Shown piece after piece: positions 13,399 to 26,698 of a DNA stretch of 64,000 nt (within the stretch, counting starts at the first letter, position 1; every line of letters begins with the position of its first letter). This stretch comes from Antedon mediterranea. Its lineage: Eukaryota > Animalia > Echinodermata. The position numbers and the translations under genes are program-made. The notes beneath the pieces were generated by a model, which was given only the letters and a program-made list of their open reading frames with translations, did not search any database and was not told the origin of the DNA. The stretch spans positions 12,918,101-12,982,100 of the forward strand of contig NC_092677.1 of NCBI RefSeq assembly GCF_964355755.1. Reading direction: 5' to 3'.

Positions 13399-15085
13399 GA
13401 TGTTATAGGCTTACTTCCTCATTAATATAGCGTCATATACGTCATATAATAGCGTTATTTTGCATTAGTAACCAAGAGAAGCTTTTCAAATCCAGTCATT
13501 TGATATCACCAGTCGTCTGAAATCTATAATAAATATATAATTGAAGACGTTCTGTAAATTTACTTAGTTATCTCTGAATAAACACTCATCGATAGTTAAA
13601 CAAATATATCGTGTCGTTTGGATATAGGCCTATAAAAGAAGGTCGTAAAATTAGCAGTGAGGAGGATATACATAGACAAATTAATGTATGAATGTGATCT
13701 TTTAGGTTGATAGCAATAATACTTTTGTTGCCTTGATGCAATATGATTACAATCATAATTATTAAATCTCTGATCTAAATTCTCATGATGTCCTAATGTT
13801 ACTTTCGACAAATATTGTTTTTATCGTATGCTAAATGCTGGTTTAATTATGAAAATAAAGAAAATTGAAAGTAAGTTTCACCGTATTGAATTTAAATTAA
13901 AAAAATAAGAAAATTAGTATAGGCCTAATGCATTGTTATAGCCTATAACCATGGAGTAACTCCATGCTATAATTTATAGCTAAATTGTCATGATTAACTA
14001 GGCATGTCACTTAATTATGTAATACCAATTGTAAAAGAAACATTTAATGGTACCAATGAGTACATATACATACTTACAGTAGTGTAAGTCTGTAATGCAG
14101 TATTTTATACCAATGATATACCAATGTAAGCCACTGATATGCATACATGCACCAGGACAGGACGCTGTCTTGTCCCGTATTAAGTAAGCACATAGCCTAC
14201 ATTCGGTACTTAGTATGTGCCTAGCAGCAATGACAAAATGTGGCCTATCTACAGGACATATACAAACGTATGTAGGTAGGCCGAAAACAAAACAAACTTA
14301 CAGTGTGAGCGTCACATTGCCATGGTGATAACACGTAGTTGTTATAACGAAAACCTTCCATATTTCTACTGTATATTCAACTTAAACATGTTCGTGTCAA
14401 TTTATGGGTATACTGTAATTTGAATGGGTTCCCACGTAACGACCTTCTATTGTTCCGAGAAGCCTACTTTATCGATCTTATTGTGTCAGTATTGCATGTT
14501 CTTTCAATGATATTACACTGTAGTCCTATTATTATCATAAGAGACTACAGGTGTAGTGAATATTGAATAATAGAACTGCTGATTAAATGAAATTCGTTCT
14601 ATAAAACGATGTAGTAATGTTCTGATTGACGATGATACCGATTTGTGACGTCATAATATTAAAAGATGACGATATTAGGATGATATAGACGATGAAGATA
14701 AAAAATTAGAAAGAAATGTGATATTGATGACAATAGAGAAATTAATATCTGTATGTGATGACAGATAATGAATGACTTATTTTACATAAAGAATAACAAA
14801 TATTTTCTATAATTCAAGTTGTTTTAATTTGTGAAATTTCATCATCACATCAAAAGCAAATTGCACTTTTTCCCAAGAAAAGTAACATAAACTTCTAACT
14901 AAAATGTTGACACACGCAAATTCTAACCAGTGAACATATGAGTCGGTCTGCAGTCTCAATTTGTGAGCCGGACATATGTACTGGGAACTAACATGATGTT
15001 ATACACATTATGTGGTAAGACGAAGTCTCACAGAACTCATAGCATACGTAAACTGGTAAATGTCACATTGTTTATGCTGCATTAA

Positions 15086-15712
15086 AGACCCCTTCCCTGC
15101 AATTTTGGACGTTTTTTGGAAAATAATACATATATATTACTTTAAAAACATTAAACCATGTCATTCCTTGTCTTAAATGTACGTTTTATGGTAAATTATG
15201 ATAAAAAGTGAGAAACAATGCACTACCTAAGTAGCTCGCGGCGATCGACCTCTCGTGGACGGTCTCAGGCCTAGCCTAGCTAGGCTTAGTTTTGTAGGCC
15301 TAGCTGGTAAACATCGGTAACGTACGAACATCGTACGCTAGCTATATACCTAGCCTGACGTTGTATAGTTGCTGCATTAATTGTCTTTCTATTTTTGCCA
15401 GACTCCGTTGATACAAATTGGGGGAAAACCCGGTATTTTCGCTGAAAAGTTAGGAGTCTTCCATTTGTTTTGGCTTCACGATCGATCGAAAAGTGGGCGA
15501 ATTACAGGTGAAAAACAACAATATCAATCCGCGCGCAATGCATTTTGGGATTTATAGCGGGCCGCTATAATTATTAAAATCGATTTATTTTTCACATTTT
15601 TAACCGTTTAAAGACGAAATAAGTTATCGCAATAGGACCATATAGTATTATTTTTACATTAAATATAGTTTGTGATCTTAAATTAGATCTAAAAAACGTA
15701 GGGAATGGGGCT
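15086..15712 (+). mobile_element. Non-autonomous DNA transposon, Kolobok-type (TTAA TSD), about 627 bp
   Basis: TTAA|AGACCCCTTCCCTGCA ... CGTAGGGAATGGGGCT|TTAA; near-identical copy at 59775-60400. Confidence 0.85.
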
Positions 15713-16027
15713 TTAACATTCTTACTAATTTCTCATAACTCATCATAACCGATTTCAACCAACACTGATCTACTCGCGGAACATGAGTAAACCCGAATGA
15801 AATATAATGTTTACTGAATACATTTCATTCATGGGATAAATACACAAAACACTCCCTTTTGTAAACACATTTAAATAATGGGTTAATTTTACCCAGATTC
15901 GTTAGAAAATCATTAGAAAAACAATTGGATACAAAGAGTGGAGCAAGTTTGACCATAAATGTTTGTCTACAAAATTTGGTGAACCATAATTAACATTGGT
16001 TTTGTAGCCATAATTAATCCCTCCTAA

Positions 16028-16158
16028 AGCTTTGTCTACACTATTAAACTAGACAAAAAAAAGTTTGATGTGCCCAAATATGGTAGTGATATGACATCAT
16101 CATGTCCATATATGGGCACATCACATTTTCTTGCTTGTTTGATAGTGTAGACAGAGCT
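16028..16158. mobile_element. Harbinger-type MITE family A
   Basis: TAA|AGCTTTGTCTACACTA ... TAGTGTAGACAGAGCT|TAA. Confidence 0.8.
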
Positions 16159-17122
16159 TAAAATAAAATCAACAACCCCTACATGTATCACTTTAATAAT
16201 GTTAATATTAATGTTACATTAGTATTGTAAAAAACCTGTTTTTAATTTATCAACCTACCATTTGATCACCCAATACTGTTTATAAGATCAACAAAACATT
16301 CTCCTACCTTGCAATACATTCTCATTTATAAATTCAAAATAAAGTTGCTTTGGAAACTTTCTTTAAACATGTTATTTATAGTATATACGACAGATACGAT
16401 ATTTGCATATATAACAGGTGTCAATACACACTATTGAAACGGAAAGAGGCTTATTAAACTAAAAAAACAACTAATTGTTAACTTCTGGTGTTAAATTTAA
16501 AAAAAAAAAAATAATTTTTAAAATGAAATTTTACAATGAATGCAATAATAAGCATACTCTAATTCAATAAGTATAATTCTAAATAATATATAAAATAAAA
16601 ATAGGTATATAAAAATAATTATAGTTTAAGAGTTAAAATAACACTAGATATTCAGACAAGCACCTGTAATTAATAAGCAGTTTTTAGACAATACTAGGGA
16701 GCTTTTGGCTTGCGATAACCGAGGCCAATCTAGATCAGGTCAAGTGATGCATCATTGGTCATCTGGACATAGAAACCACCAAACCTATGTCGTGGTGGTG
16801 AGCGAGGACACATGTCTCAATATTTCCAAATGCGCTCAATTAATTAACATGACTTAATTTGTCTAGTAACTAGATTCATAATAACCATTTTGTCTGTCAA
16901 ATAATAACCACATTGATAATAGCGCCATTGTTTGGCAATGATTGTTAAATATTAAATGTATTCTTCTTTTCTGCTACATGTACAGTGCTGTTTGCTACAT
17001 TTAAAGCGTCGTCTGCTCCAATGAATCGCCATATGCTACATTTAAAGCATCGTCTGCTACTACCAATATACAGTTAACAATGTAATCATTTCGGCATGGC
17101 CACTCTTTTTCATATAATGACA

Positions 17123-20100
17123 TCATTGCGTTTGTTGAGTGAATGTTTGTGTAGCACTTTCTCTCATCAGCTTATGTTCATAGTTTACTAGTTGTTGTCC
17201 TACTAAATACCTAGAAATAAAAACAGATAATTAATTCTAGATTTGAAAAATTGTTTTTTTTTATTATTTATTTATATAGTCAAAGACTGGTCTCTCAGAG
17301 GGCCCAGTTATGATCTGTGGCTGTGATGTACTAGTACACCAGGGTAACCCCCAACTCGTCTTGAAAGTACTAGGTTCTTTAATGTGCACATGAGCTAGAT
17401 GTATTCACTGGACCTACGGTTTATAGAGCTTCTCCAAAAAGACTTGTTCTACCACCAGAACCATGGAGTGAGTGAGCCTCAAACCGGTGCAAATGTTATG
17501 ACTACGTAATTACGATTCCACTGTGTTAAACACTCAGCAAAATTCAAGTTAAAATTGCTCAAAAATAATTAAAAGTGAAAGATAAGTTACAGAGAAAATG
17601 ATAATAATAATTTCACACTTACTTGTCATTTTTAATATGTTCATATAATTTTTTAAATTGCCTTAGCTGGAAAAAGAGTACAGAGAGGAGCACAATAACT
17701 GCTAACATGGTTGGGTATATCTTACGAACTATTGTGTGTAGTGAATCTTCACTAAAACCTAGTGGTTATAAAAACAGATTTTAAAACACTAATTTCAGAA
17801 TATAATATATTGACAAGAAAAATAGATAAAAAAAATTTATTTATTATTTGTTTTTTTTCTGTATAAAACATATATTGTTCATATAAGTTTGCGGTACACC
17901 ACGTATGTTAGTTCTGAAAAGAACTGTTGAGTTTCTCGACAATTCGATCAATATGCTTTGATCGTCTTTAGGAGTGAGAATACAGAAGGTCCAGGAAACT
18001 TGGAATATAAGTGGAAAAGGGTGGGATTGGTGTGAAAGCCAGAAACAATGGCAAGTTTACACAATGGGAGGGATTGAAATTAGCTGTAGAAGAGCATTGT
18101 TTCTTTGATTTCACCATGAAAACCTTGAAAAGATATAAAACATGTAATTGTAATGCATTGTTTAAAATCACGTGTATATATGTATTTTTGTGTGCTACAA
18201 ATTGTAGTAATTAGACTACAATTTCTATAAATTAAGTATTCCTATTATTCTATACATTTCAACACATCATTCAGTTTAATGGTGGCAATTTATATGTAAA
18301 GTATCTCTACCTGAAGTAATGAAAAAAAAAAGAAATAATAAGGACAAAAAAGTAGGGTTGATTTTTTAAGATTGATGTTTTAAATCTTTTCTACAACTAA
18401 CAATCATAGAATGTTGTTTGCTGGTAAAATTACTTACTCTATAAAAATATTAAGGGATTAAATTATTCTACTGCAGTTACTACTGTAATAATGGGGGATT
18501 TAGTTTGTTTCAATATTTATTAGTTATTAAAGGTTTGGTAAATAATTTTCAACGTTATTTACTGCAGTAACTGCAGTAGGATAACTTTGATATGATTCCT
18601 AAAGATAAATGACATTTTAACGTTTATCACTATAAAGAATACTTACCCAATAATGGTAGGATTCCCACAGCTATTACATATGGTAGTGTTAAAGACAGCA
18701 ACAATGTTGCTACTACTGGCAATAACATATTCTTTACAATATATGATAAATTTAAATTACGGAAACCATCTTGGTATATCTACAAAACAAATTAGAAGAA
18801 AAAAGATTTTAGATTTTTCTAATATTATTTATAACAGTATAAAGCCCAATCTACACTATCACACTTTATGCGACAAATAAATATCATGTGCCCATATATG
18901 GACATGGTGACATCATATCACTACCATATTTGGGCACATCAAACTTTTTTTGTCAAACTAGTTTGATAGTGTAGGCAGAGCGTTAGATTTCAATTACCAT
19001 TAATGTTGAAATATGATATCGTAAATAATTTAGCAATACATATGAAATATAATATATATATTTTCTGTTACTTACTTGCTCTAGAGCTGTCTTGAGCCAC
19101 CAGTTGGGACCCATCATGGTTACAGCGCCTAATATCTTAGTATGTAACACACCAAGAGCCCAGTCCTAAAAAAAAACCAACCATCTTTAATATGAAATCT
19201 TATATCTTTTTATATACTGATTGCAATAAAATGTATGTGATTAGTTGAAAAATATCAATAAATAACAAATTTTTAAACCGTAGGTCCAGTGTACACATCT
19301 GGCTCATGTGCACTTTAAAGAATCTAGTAAATCTTTCGAGAGACAAGTAGTGGGTTACCCTGGTGTACTAGTACACACACAGCCACTGATCTGGAGACCA
19401 GTCTTTGACTGAAAATGTCATCAGTATAAACAAACAATGCCAGACACATTGGACATTTAGAGTGAAGTATTATGATCAACGCTTGACCTTTACTAGAGAT
19501 GTGTAAAGCCTGTTTTCCTGTCAACGTTATTTGACGCGATCGTCGGTGTTCGTTAACAGTTCAACATTGATTGTTTGAAAACGATCAAGTTGAAATGATA
19601 ACGAGTAGCTTCTCCTGTAAATCGTTAACATTTCTATGTTTACGTAAAAGATCGCTGATTATTGTTAACGATAGCGACGAATAACGTCGACAGGAAAACA
19701 GGCTTTAAGGTACTGAAAAGACGGTGAGACATACCTGCCATAGAAAAAAGACAGGAGTCTGATCCATAGGAACTCTAAGGGGAACGACTACAACCAATTC
19801 AAATAAAAGACCAATGAGAAAAGGCACGACTCCAAGAAGTACTACAGCAACCACTAACGACTTCAGTGCCTATGAAAGAAAATACAGCATACCGTAAATA
19901 AAAAATATAGAACTGAAACCATGTTTGTATACGAAAGCTTGAACTAGAAATAGAAAATAGATAGAACTGTAATTGTTATTGAATTTGGAATAACAGCATT
20001 GTTGTAATGTAATTGCTTGAACATGGCCCATACATGAGTAATATTAGAATATCTTTTGTACCTAACTGTATACACTGGACTAATATATACTTTTATGATG

Positions 20101-23100
20101 TTTATGAGTAGTTTGTACTTAAAATAAAGTTTAGATAAATTACAGTAATACCTACCAGAATTGCATAGCTCTGTAGCCTGGTAAAGATGGCACCAAATCC
20201 TTCTGGCACCCAAGAGGCTACCAGGCTCATAAACCTACAAATAAGCCAACATGTGTACACCCCACATGCAGCTGTGTACAGCTCATGGATGGTGATGTTA
20301 TCTGCATACAGGGACATGACACGACGACCTATTGCAACTGGGATGGTTAAACACATGAAGCTGGACAGGAATAGGGTGATGCACATAAAAATGACGAGTA
20401 ACACCAACTGTAATAAATGATAAAGTTAGACAAGTTTTATTTTTTATGTATCTAGTGATATTAAAAATAAATAAATTTTATTATTAAGAATATGAATAAC
20501 TTACTTTGAAAGTAAAATATGAAGTTTTATTATAAGGTTGAAAGTCAGTCTGGCCTTGGTTCAGCAAGGCCTGATGCACAGGATGCAGTCCATTCACGGC
20601 GTGGAGAGGGTGGTTTACAACTGGAACAGCTTCTGGCACCTCTTCCTCAACCTCATCTTCTTCCTCGGCTTCATCATCATCCTCTAAATCTTCTGCCATC
20701 TCTACATCAGAATCTTCATCTGGTGCATAGTCATCCTGGAGTAATGGTTGATCTTCTTCCTCATCCTCTTCCTGGTGGATGTTGACATCTTCATCAACCT
20801 CTGCTTCTTCTTGATCATCATTTTCTTGTGCAGCATTGTGGTCTTCGTTCAGATTGTCATCGTTCACAGCAACATCACCAATTAAATATGATCGTAAATC
20901 ACTGTAAATTATAAATGGAACTCCTTCAAGGTAGTTATTTATACATAGGGCAAGCTAGGCTTAGTTATTTACCCCGATAATTTGAATTTATGGGTAGTAA
21001 TTGTTAACTTTGGTGGGTAGGAACTAGCTTACCAGGGCAAATAACTAAGCCTGAATGGGCCCATAAAGTCAAGACAAACTGGTATCCACAGGCTTAGCTC
21101 TCATTATTAAACCAGGAATTATACAACTTGGTATTACTTACAGACAATAAGCAACAGCTAGGCACCAGCCTTTGATAGAGTTTTTAAGCCAGAGTCTTGT
21201 ATGTCCTTGTTCCAGGAGTGCAGGTAACACAACTTGTAATAGCAACAGTTCTAAAGATAGCTCACTTACAGGTGCGTCACTGATGAGAAAATATACACAC
21301 AGCTTAAATTTAGACAGCTTTTCAATACTTATTTTGTAATTGTTTATATATTTATTGTTTGGAACAGAGAGTATAGTGGTAATTTGATTGGTTTGATCAC
21401 ATCATGTTATATGTACAGTAGGACTGAAAGTTGTATGTAAAACATGGGATCCATACAATTGGCCCCTAACATGTAAATCCTATAGTTAAGGCTGCAGTAA
21501 TATTTTTTTTACCTTTACAGATAGGCCTATAAAAGTTTATAATACGTACGTAAAATCAAGGTCATACTGTACTTCTTTAATATACTTGTCTATGTTTATA
21601 GTTACCTTGACAACTGCACATGGTACGGTAAGAACAGTGGAAACAGGTACTTAATAAGTGATACCGGTAACCAAAGCATTAGGAGCACCACGCTACCGAA
21701 GACGACAACAGACAGGAGGAAACGACGAACATGGTTGTAGATTGGTAGATGGATCATCTCTTGAATCGGATTGAAGTCCGGGTCGTTTAAATTCCGCAGA
21801 AACCACAAAACACCAGGGCGTAAAATCTAAGTAAATGAAGGACATTTTTAAAGAATACTGTGCATGTTTGCAAAATATCAACAAGATTTTAATATTCTAC
21901 ATAAAGCTCTGTCTACACTATGAGACTAGTTTGACAAAAAAATTGTGATGCCCAAATATGGTATGCTTACATGTGGTAGTGATATGACATCGTCATGTTC
22001 AATCATGGGCACAACACATTTTTTGTCACATAAAGTTTAATAGTGTAGACAGAGCTGTAGAAGGTACTAGTTTGTTAAGACAGAGCTTTAAGAAAGTATA
22101 TCTTTTCTAAAGGTTTACTTGTTATAAAATCAACTATAATTACCTCTCTCAATAGTAGGACGAATGATGCGAAATAAAAAACATACACCATGCCAACTAA
22201 CCAATGAAGGAACATGTACGTGCCAGGGGCAGATGTAAACCCCTCCTCACGCTCATGGAGGGTACTGTTAAACAAAGACTGCAATGGAAGCAAAGAATAA
22301 ACATTTTGGAGTTCTTGTCAAAATTATTCTACTGCAGTTACTGCAGTAATTACAGGAACAGCTTTATGAAGCAGTCAATACAAACAGTACAGTATGTGCA
22401 TATTTACCTAAAATCTTGATAAAAATACTTTAATTGCATAAACAAGTAAAATAGTATACAAAATTTAGTTACTGCTCAATGTTGTTTCTGAATTTAAATG
22501 TATGAAGGCGAGTCTGACATGGGACACTTTTTCAGAAAATTTCACTGAAATTCCTATTATTGATTTAGAAGGTCTCTATGTAAATTTTCATACCTAAAAA
22601 TAAAAAAATATTTAGAAAATGTAATGATTTGACACTCACCAGGGAGCAAATATCTAGCCACCAACCACAGACCAATGGAAAGACTCCGATCTCTAAGATG
22701 ACCAGTAAAAACACCTTTAACATTATATAACACATACCAACAAAGCGACGACAGCGCTCAAATGTTAAAGCCCGACCAACAGACTATAAAAGAGTCAGTT
22801 AAGGTAAAAAAATGATTTTTACTTTATTCAATTGGTATCAGGATTTTTAAAAAGAAAGAATCAATAATTGTGCATATACCAGAACACTGATTTATTGGGA
22901 GAGCAACGGCAGATAGTTGTTATGGCAGGAACAGATCCAGGAGCACTAACATAATATTAAATTAATAAATTATTAAATTTCAAAAGATACATGAAGAATA
23001 AGCAGAGTTGTTGTGAGTCCAAGATAACCTAATATGGTCGTAAAGACACTGTCAAATCGTGATGTACCAATCAGCTTGTTCCATTGTAACATTGACATCA

Positions 23101-26100
23101 ATATTTGACCAAGTTGATACGGAAAGAAAGCTGAAATATCAAATACATTTTGATAAAAATAATAATAATTTCTTTTTAAAAAATACTATGATAGTCTTGA
23201 GTGCTGATTACACATCTTATAAAATAAATGATGCTGGGGATCCTGGTTTATGGACTGCACCATTTGTGAAGAGGTTGTTCTCCTTTTAAGTTATATCACT
23301 CTTCAAAGAGAGTAGGATGTTGTTATTTATCCTGTAAGCTAGGCACAAAATAGATGGTAATTATAATGTTATAGCAATATATAACTGTATTATAAATTCA
23401 ACAGTTTTTTAGATACAATTAATTCTATACATACCAAACATAAAAACAAACAAAGCATTTAAAGAGATGACCCAAAATACATGCTCTAAAAATATCAATG
23501 ATCCATCCAATCCCAGCATCCTTTCCCAAGTCAATTCTTCAGCAGCACGATCCCATTCCAATGCGTTCCAATTTAGATCGTCTGCAATAATGGAACAAAA
23601 TGAATCATAAATCTTTCCATCCATCATACTAATCCCAGAATACTCAACAAACTTTGGGAAGTTTATTATACCTGTGTATAGTAAATAAACTATTTTGTAT
23701 CAGCATTCTATTCGTCATTTAGGTGATTTCAGATGATACTTACCCGCGCCACCATTTTCTGCTGCTTCACCTTCTGCTGCTACCCCCTCTGCTGCATTAT
23801 CATCATTGTTAGCCTTTAATAAAAAAGACACGTTAAAAATAGGCTTAATCAAGTTGTCTATATTTTGTATATATATATATTAAAGCCATTATGGTGCAGT
23901 TTGCATTAAAAGATCACTTACTGCCTGCTGCGGCTGTTGCTGGTTTGCCTGGTTCTGACCCCCTATGTCAGGTTGCTGTTCGAGCCATTGAGGGCCTCCC
24001 CCATTAACCACTTGTTCTCTTAGCCACACCAAACTGATGAAGGCACACAAAGTGCATCCAACAATAAAACAACCCTGGACTATATCACTAGCTATGGCTT
24101 CACTAGAAAAAAAGAATAAAATGAATATTATAATAGCATATAATAATCGGTAAAGTGTGATAGGAATGTGCTGTGATTTGTTGCAATTTTATCTCATATT
24201 TGATTTTAAAGAAAAAAGTGAACTTACATTGAAAATATATCAGATGGTAAATTTAATATTGGTTGGATAGATCCTTGGAATAGACATTTATAGGTACAGG
24301 CTGGAAAAAAAGAGATTAAATTAAAATCATAAGTATAATTTCATGCTCGAATGTAATCTCACCCATTAATTTAGGATAAATTTACATACAAGACGTAACA
24401 TAAATCCATTGTTAATTTAATTCAAGTATAATCCCATCTTTACCAAAATTCTTAACCAGGGACCAAACTTGGTCAATACTTCTGGATCGACAAATATGAT
24501 GACATAAAAATGTGACTACCTATGGTTTCATGCAACGTATGTTGAATAGTGGTAACATTCTTGTTGCTTGTGTTTGCAAACATATGCTCCATAACTCCAA
24601 AATGTATTGTAGACGGAGAAGCATTCTATATACTTAAGTTTAGATATTTCCGAAATAAAAAGAAATTGAATGAATGTGACATCATCAATTATCACTTACA
24701 GGCAGATACTGGGACTACTCCTAACCATGCGAATGTAACAAGAGTATAATGAAGCCAGCATTTGACTGCAGTTGCTATATTCTTCAACAAGCCTTTCGCA
24801 ATGTCTTGAACCGGTAAACGAGCCGGCATGTCAGGTGCATAAACTGAAGTTTAAATAGAAAAGATAAATTACTATTAGGATTATCGTTAATATTGGAAGT
24901 TTAATTTTGTTGTCTGTTAAAAACATAGCCATTTTCTAGGCTCTAAACTTAGTGCTTTTTTTAGTTTGTAAAGTACTGGGGCCGGATTTATCAAACTTGC
25001 TTAGCAAAAAATTTTCTTAACTTTCCCTTAAATCCTTTAGTTTGCTTAAATCAGATTTATTAATATATTCTAAGCAAAAATAGTTGCTTAATTTTATCTT
25101 AAATCTAAGATGAAAAATTTTGTCTTAACTCATTTCTGCAACAGAAAAATTCTTTTTTGACAATGTCCGATAGAGTTTAGTTTTGCTAAGACAATTTGAT
25201 AATATGCTTAGATTATCTGCTTAAGTACTTCTTAAATATTTCAGCTTCAGCAAAAATATAAGCAAATATTGATAAATGCCAACCTTGGTGTAGTGGAGTA
25301 CTGCATGTGGAGCTTGGTTTATGTATGTTGTATTTTGTATAGAATTAATAATAAGTTAAGGTCTAGGGTAGTATGTGGTTGGTCTATGTATGCTACAGCT
25401 TATTATATTCTGAAGCCAAATAATATTTCTATATCCTTTAGTCCTCATTGTAATGATGTAAAACAGAGATATATAATACTAGTGTTGGAAGTTGGATAAA
25501 AAAAACAAAATTTGATAATTAATATCACTTACTCGGTGTGAAAATAAAGCGATGCTTGCACAACTCGCAATATTCTTTCTTGCTGTGTTTCAGCCATTGT
25601 ACCAAACTTATAAAAATAAAAGTAAGTCATAGGTTATTGGGTGTATCTGGTGTAAACTATCATATTGAATGAAATTTCACACTCTATTAATTTTAATGAT
25701 TCAATACTTAGAGAATCCAAGGTTTTACTGAAAACAAAAATACCATTGTTATTTTTATCTTACCAGTCTTGGTGAATATACTTGATGCTGCCAGTACAAA
25801 TACACGGATGAAATAGAGGGCGCTCATTGCTGTCGCCTGCACGGCACACCCTGCATATATCCTCTACAAAAGATACATTAATTTTTTAGTAAATCATTTT
25901 TTTTTCAAAATCAAAATGCAGTTATAACAATCAATAATTGGCAGATCATAATTTGTTTACTATAGTAATTGAAGTCAGTAATGGAACGGTAAAAAATTGT
26001 GCATGTTATTGTTAATCAATAATTATTCTGGTTGACCGTGTGTCTAATGTAACGTTTCCTATTCTATTGGCACAGTCTTTGCTGATCAACAACAGAAGAA

Positions 26101-26656
26101 ATGAATGGGTACTTTTAACAAAAAAATTGTAATCATCTACGTATTATATGAGACATCAGAATACAACGACAGGGATTATATTAGGCCGCTATCTTCCTTG
26201 TAATGTTTAGTTATATTATTTCGCAATTTAAAATTGTGCAAAATTGTACCAAAAAAATCCTTTCACTATTTAAAATTGTTTAAATCACATACATACGACA
26301 TACAATGTTTATTCATAGTTTTGGAAGAATAGCTACGTGGAAAAAATAATCTAGGCTGAAAATGACCACATGCATTCAGGGCAGGGTTAATAATAATGAC
26401 GGTGGCAGGGCAAGTAGGCTAGCACGCCGTACAAATTAATAACAAAGTCAGAGGAACAGTGAGTGAGGCCTAGCCTAGATCAAGCTATATGACTGTAAAT
26501 ATTAATATATTACTGAAATAACAACACCTGTACATAACTAAATACAATTAAACATGCTATAGAAATAATTACAAATAAAAGTACATCTGAAGGTATTTAA
26601 AACCAACATTATATTATATTAATATTACCTTCTTGTTGCGAAGTCGGTTCGTCCAT
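17123..26656 (-). CDS. MARCHF6: E3 ubiquitin-protein ligase MARCHF6 (TEB4/Doa10 ortholog), complete, 20 coding exons
   Basis: Exons 26656-26629, 25863-25764, 25606-25533, 24843-24700, 24300-24228, 24102-23922, 23813-23744, 23581-23435, 23130-22991, 22783-22640, 22278-22144, 21826-21606, 21279-21142, 20901-20505, 20407-20156, 19869-19735, 19165-19076, 18779-18647, 17758-17623, 17210-17123. Motifs: RING-CH ([39 protein letters not shown]), [91 protein letters not shown]. Confidence 0.97.
17278..17537 (-). mobile_element. tRNA-derived SINE with Deu/Nin-like core
   Basis: Colinear homology to 1513-1813; B-box-like GGTTTGAGGC on the minus strand. Confidence 0.75.
17893..17978 (-). ncRNA. Degenerate minimal hammerhead ribozyme repeat (Penelope-like)
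   Basis: Minus strand CTC-CTAAAGA-C-GATCAA(agcata)TTGATC-GAAT-TG-TC-GAG; homologous to the copy at 34233. Confidence 0.45.
18452..18600. mobile_element. MITE with (A)TTATTCTACTGCAGTTACT TIR
   Basis: Inverted repeats TTATTCTACTGCAGTTACT / AGTAACTGCAGTAGGATAA; related sequence at 22316-22350 and 34922-35147. Confidence 0.55.
18843..18982. mobile_element. Harbinger-type MITE family A
   Basis: TAA|AGCCCAATCTACACTATC ... GATAGTGTAGGCAGAGCG|TTA. Confidence 0.75.
19276..19411 (+). mobile_element. Deu-like SINE core fragment
   Basis: AAACCGTAGGTCCAGTGTACAC..GTGCACTTTAAAGAA..GAGACCAGTCTTTGACTGAA; opposite orientation to the other two copies. Confidence 0.7.
19507..19704. mobile_element. Harbinger-type MITE family C
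   Basis: TAA|AGCCTGTTTTCCTGTCAACGTTATT ... AATAACGTCGACAGGAAAACAGGCT|TTA. Confidence 0.75.
20948..21062. mobile_element. Short palindromic MITE
   Basis: AGGCTTAGTTATTTACCC / GGGCAAATAACTAAGCCT inverted repeats with GGGC...GCCC ends. Confidence 0.55.
21905..22087. mobile_element. Harbinger-type MITE family A (with a duplicated right end)
   Basis: TAA|AGCTCTGTCTACACTA ... GTGTAGACAGAGCT (22056), then a second AGACAGAGCT|TTA ending at 22087. Confidence 0.75.
22784..22990 (-). other. U12-type (minor spliceosome) GT-AG intron in MARCHF6
   Basis: Minus-strand donor GTATCTTTT; branch TTTTTACCTTAAC lies about 14 nt upstream of the AG. Confidence 0.8.
24978..25284. mobile_element. Degenerate MITE with CTTAAG/CTTAGCAAAAA internal repeats
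   Basis: GGGGCCGGATTTATCAA ... TTGATAAATGCCAACC imperfect TIR. Confidence 0.5.
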
Positions 26657-26685
26657 GTTTTACATCGCTCTTAATTTGCTTCAGA

Positions 26686-26698
26686 AATAGGTGGCGCT
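26686..26698 (+). promoter_or_regulatory. CTCF-like motif just upstream of the MARCHF6 ATG
   Basis: AATAGGTGGCGCT matches the AGRKGGCRS core; motif match only. Confidence 0.3.

Noticed and set aside
16992-17058. Duplicated 25-mer TGCTACATTTAAAGC(G/A)TCGTCTGCT in the MARCHF6 3' region
   Set aside because: Simple local duplication with no evidence of function.
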